Source of the DNA: Bacillus subtilis subsp. subtilis str. 168
GTDB lineage: Bacteria; Bacillota; Bacilli; Bacillales; Bacillaceae
NCBI RefSeq assembly: GCF_000009045.1
Contig: NC_000964.3
Span: 2,130,001-2,162,000, forward strand
Reading direction: 5' to 3'
DNA: 32,000 nt
In this document: piece after piece, positions 31,198 to 32,000 of the stretch
Layout: every line of letters starts with the position of its first letter
How positions within the stretch are numbered: the first letter of the stretch is position 1
Notes under the pieces: generated by a model
Database searches by the model: none
What the model was told of the DNA's origin: nothing
Seen by the model: the letters and a program-made list of their open reading frames with translations, nothing else
Position numbers and translations under genes: made by a program

Positions 31198-31778
31198 ATC
31201 AGGTTAATGATCTCTCCACTTTGCATTAACTTTCCTTGTCCATAAAAATAAAGTGGGTAATAAAACCCTGAGTAGAAAAGAAAACTCTCCAGGAACACAG
31301 ATGCAACCATTCCTTTAAATAAAGAAATTTCATCGTTTTTCTTGATTGTTTTATAGACTGAAACAATTGTTCTAGCTTTCTTTTGAAGAAACCTATTGTT
31401 TTTCACCCATTCAAAGACTTCATTGATCTGCTCGGTTGGAGCCAATGTTAGAAAGATGTTGCTGTAAGACTTTGCATGAACAGCATTTTCCATCATGGCC
31501 ATGAAATTTAAAACTGCCTTTCTTTGATGTCCATCTACGTGTTCAGCCACGATCGGCATCCCCGTATTCCCCTGCTCTGTATCAAGAAGCGTAAGTCCGG
31601 CCAGTACCTTCATATAAGTGTCCTGCTCATTTTTTCCGAGGTACTTCCATGTGAGGAGATCGCCGTTTAAAGCAATCTCTTCCGGAAGCCAGAACTGTTT
31701 CACGTTTTGGTTATAGAACATTTGGGTAAAATCGTCTTCATGCTTTGACCAGTTTGCTGCGTCATAAATTTTTGTCAA
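31198..31778 (-). CDS. yosP: Phage ribonucleotide reductase beta subunit, exon 1
   Basis: [40 protein letters not shown]... NrdF N-terminus, TTG start; exons sum to 990 nt/329 aa. Confidence 0.95.
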
Positions 31779-32000
31779 TTAATCATGTCCTTTCAATTGA
31801 AATATTTTTTTCCGAAAAAAATGCAGTGAATTTAAAAGCTGAATTGACAGACTCCTATATTACTGTCAAACATTCGAAAGGAATGAAAGACAGTGAATTT
31901 TTTAGATAACCTTATATCTTTGTTAGAGAGTACAGTCATTTCAACTGGATGGTTGTGTGATAGGCTTTTATCATGTTTAATCGAATATATTTTGAAGCTT

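Overview
This window is Bacillus subtilis chromosome (yod/cge region) that runs into the left end of an SPbeta-type prophage inserted in spsM/yodU. Identification is from recalled protein families and gene order; no database search was run. Bacterial part (1-22030): yodF symporter locus, ctpA, yodH, yodI, yodJ, deoD, yodL, yodM, yozD, yodN, yozE, a leftward yodT-yodS-yodR-yodQ-yodP-kamA-yokU operon, the spore-maturation cgeCDE/cgeAB clusters, phytase, and a truncated spsM. The attL core ACAGATAAAGCTGTAT lies at 22031-22046. Prophage part: a 58-aa TTG-start gene next to attL (probable excision factor SprB/YotN), a RecU-like protein, many small early genes, yotB phosphoesterase, sspC, a small-gene cluster, yosT, dUTPase, thioredoxin-like YosR, and a phage nrdF split by a group I intron I delimit to 30390-31197 (808 bp) carrying an HNH homing endonuclease. 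I see no convincing wholly new defence or RNA system. The observations most worth a second look are: three small phage genes that seem to use ATT/CTG starts behind strong Shine-Dalgarno sequences; a sporulation-type -10 directly upstream of the sprB candidate; a cluster of tiny Cys-rich zinc-ribbon-like proteins; a repeated ATATTAGATAAAA element; repeat structure upstream of nrdF; and small unlisted ORFs at 6373-6498, 7897-8040 and 26648-26713.
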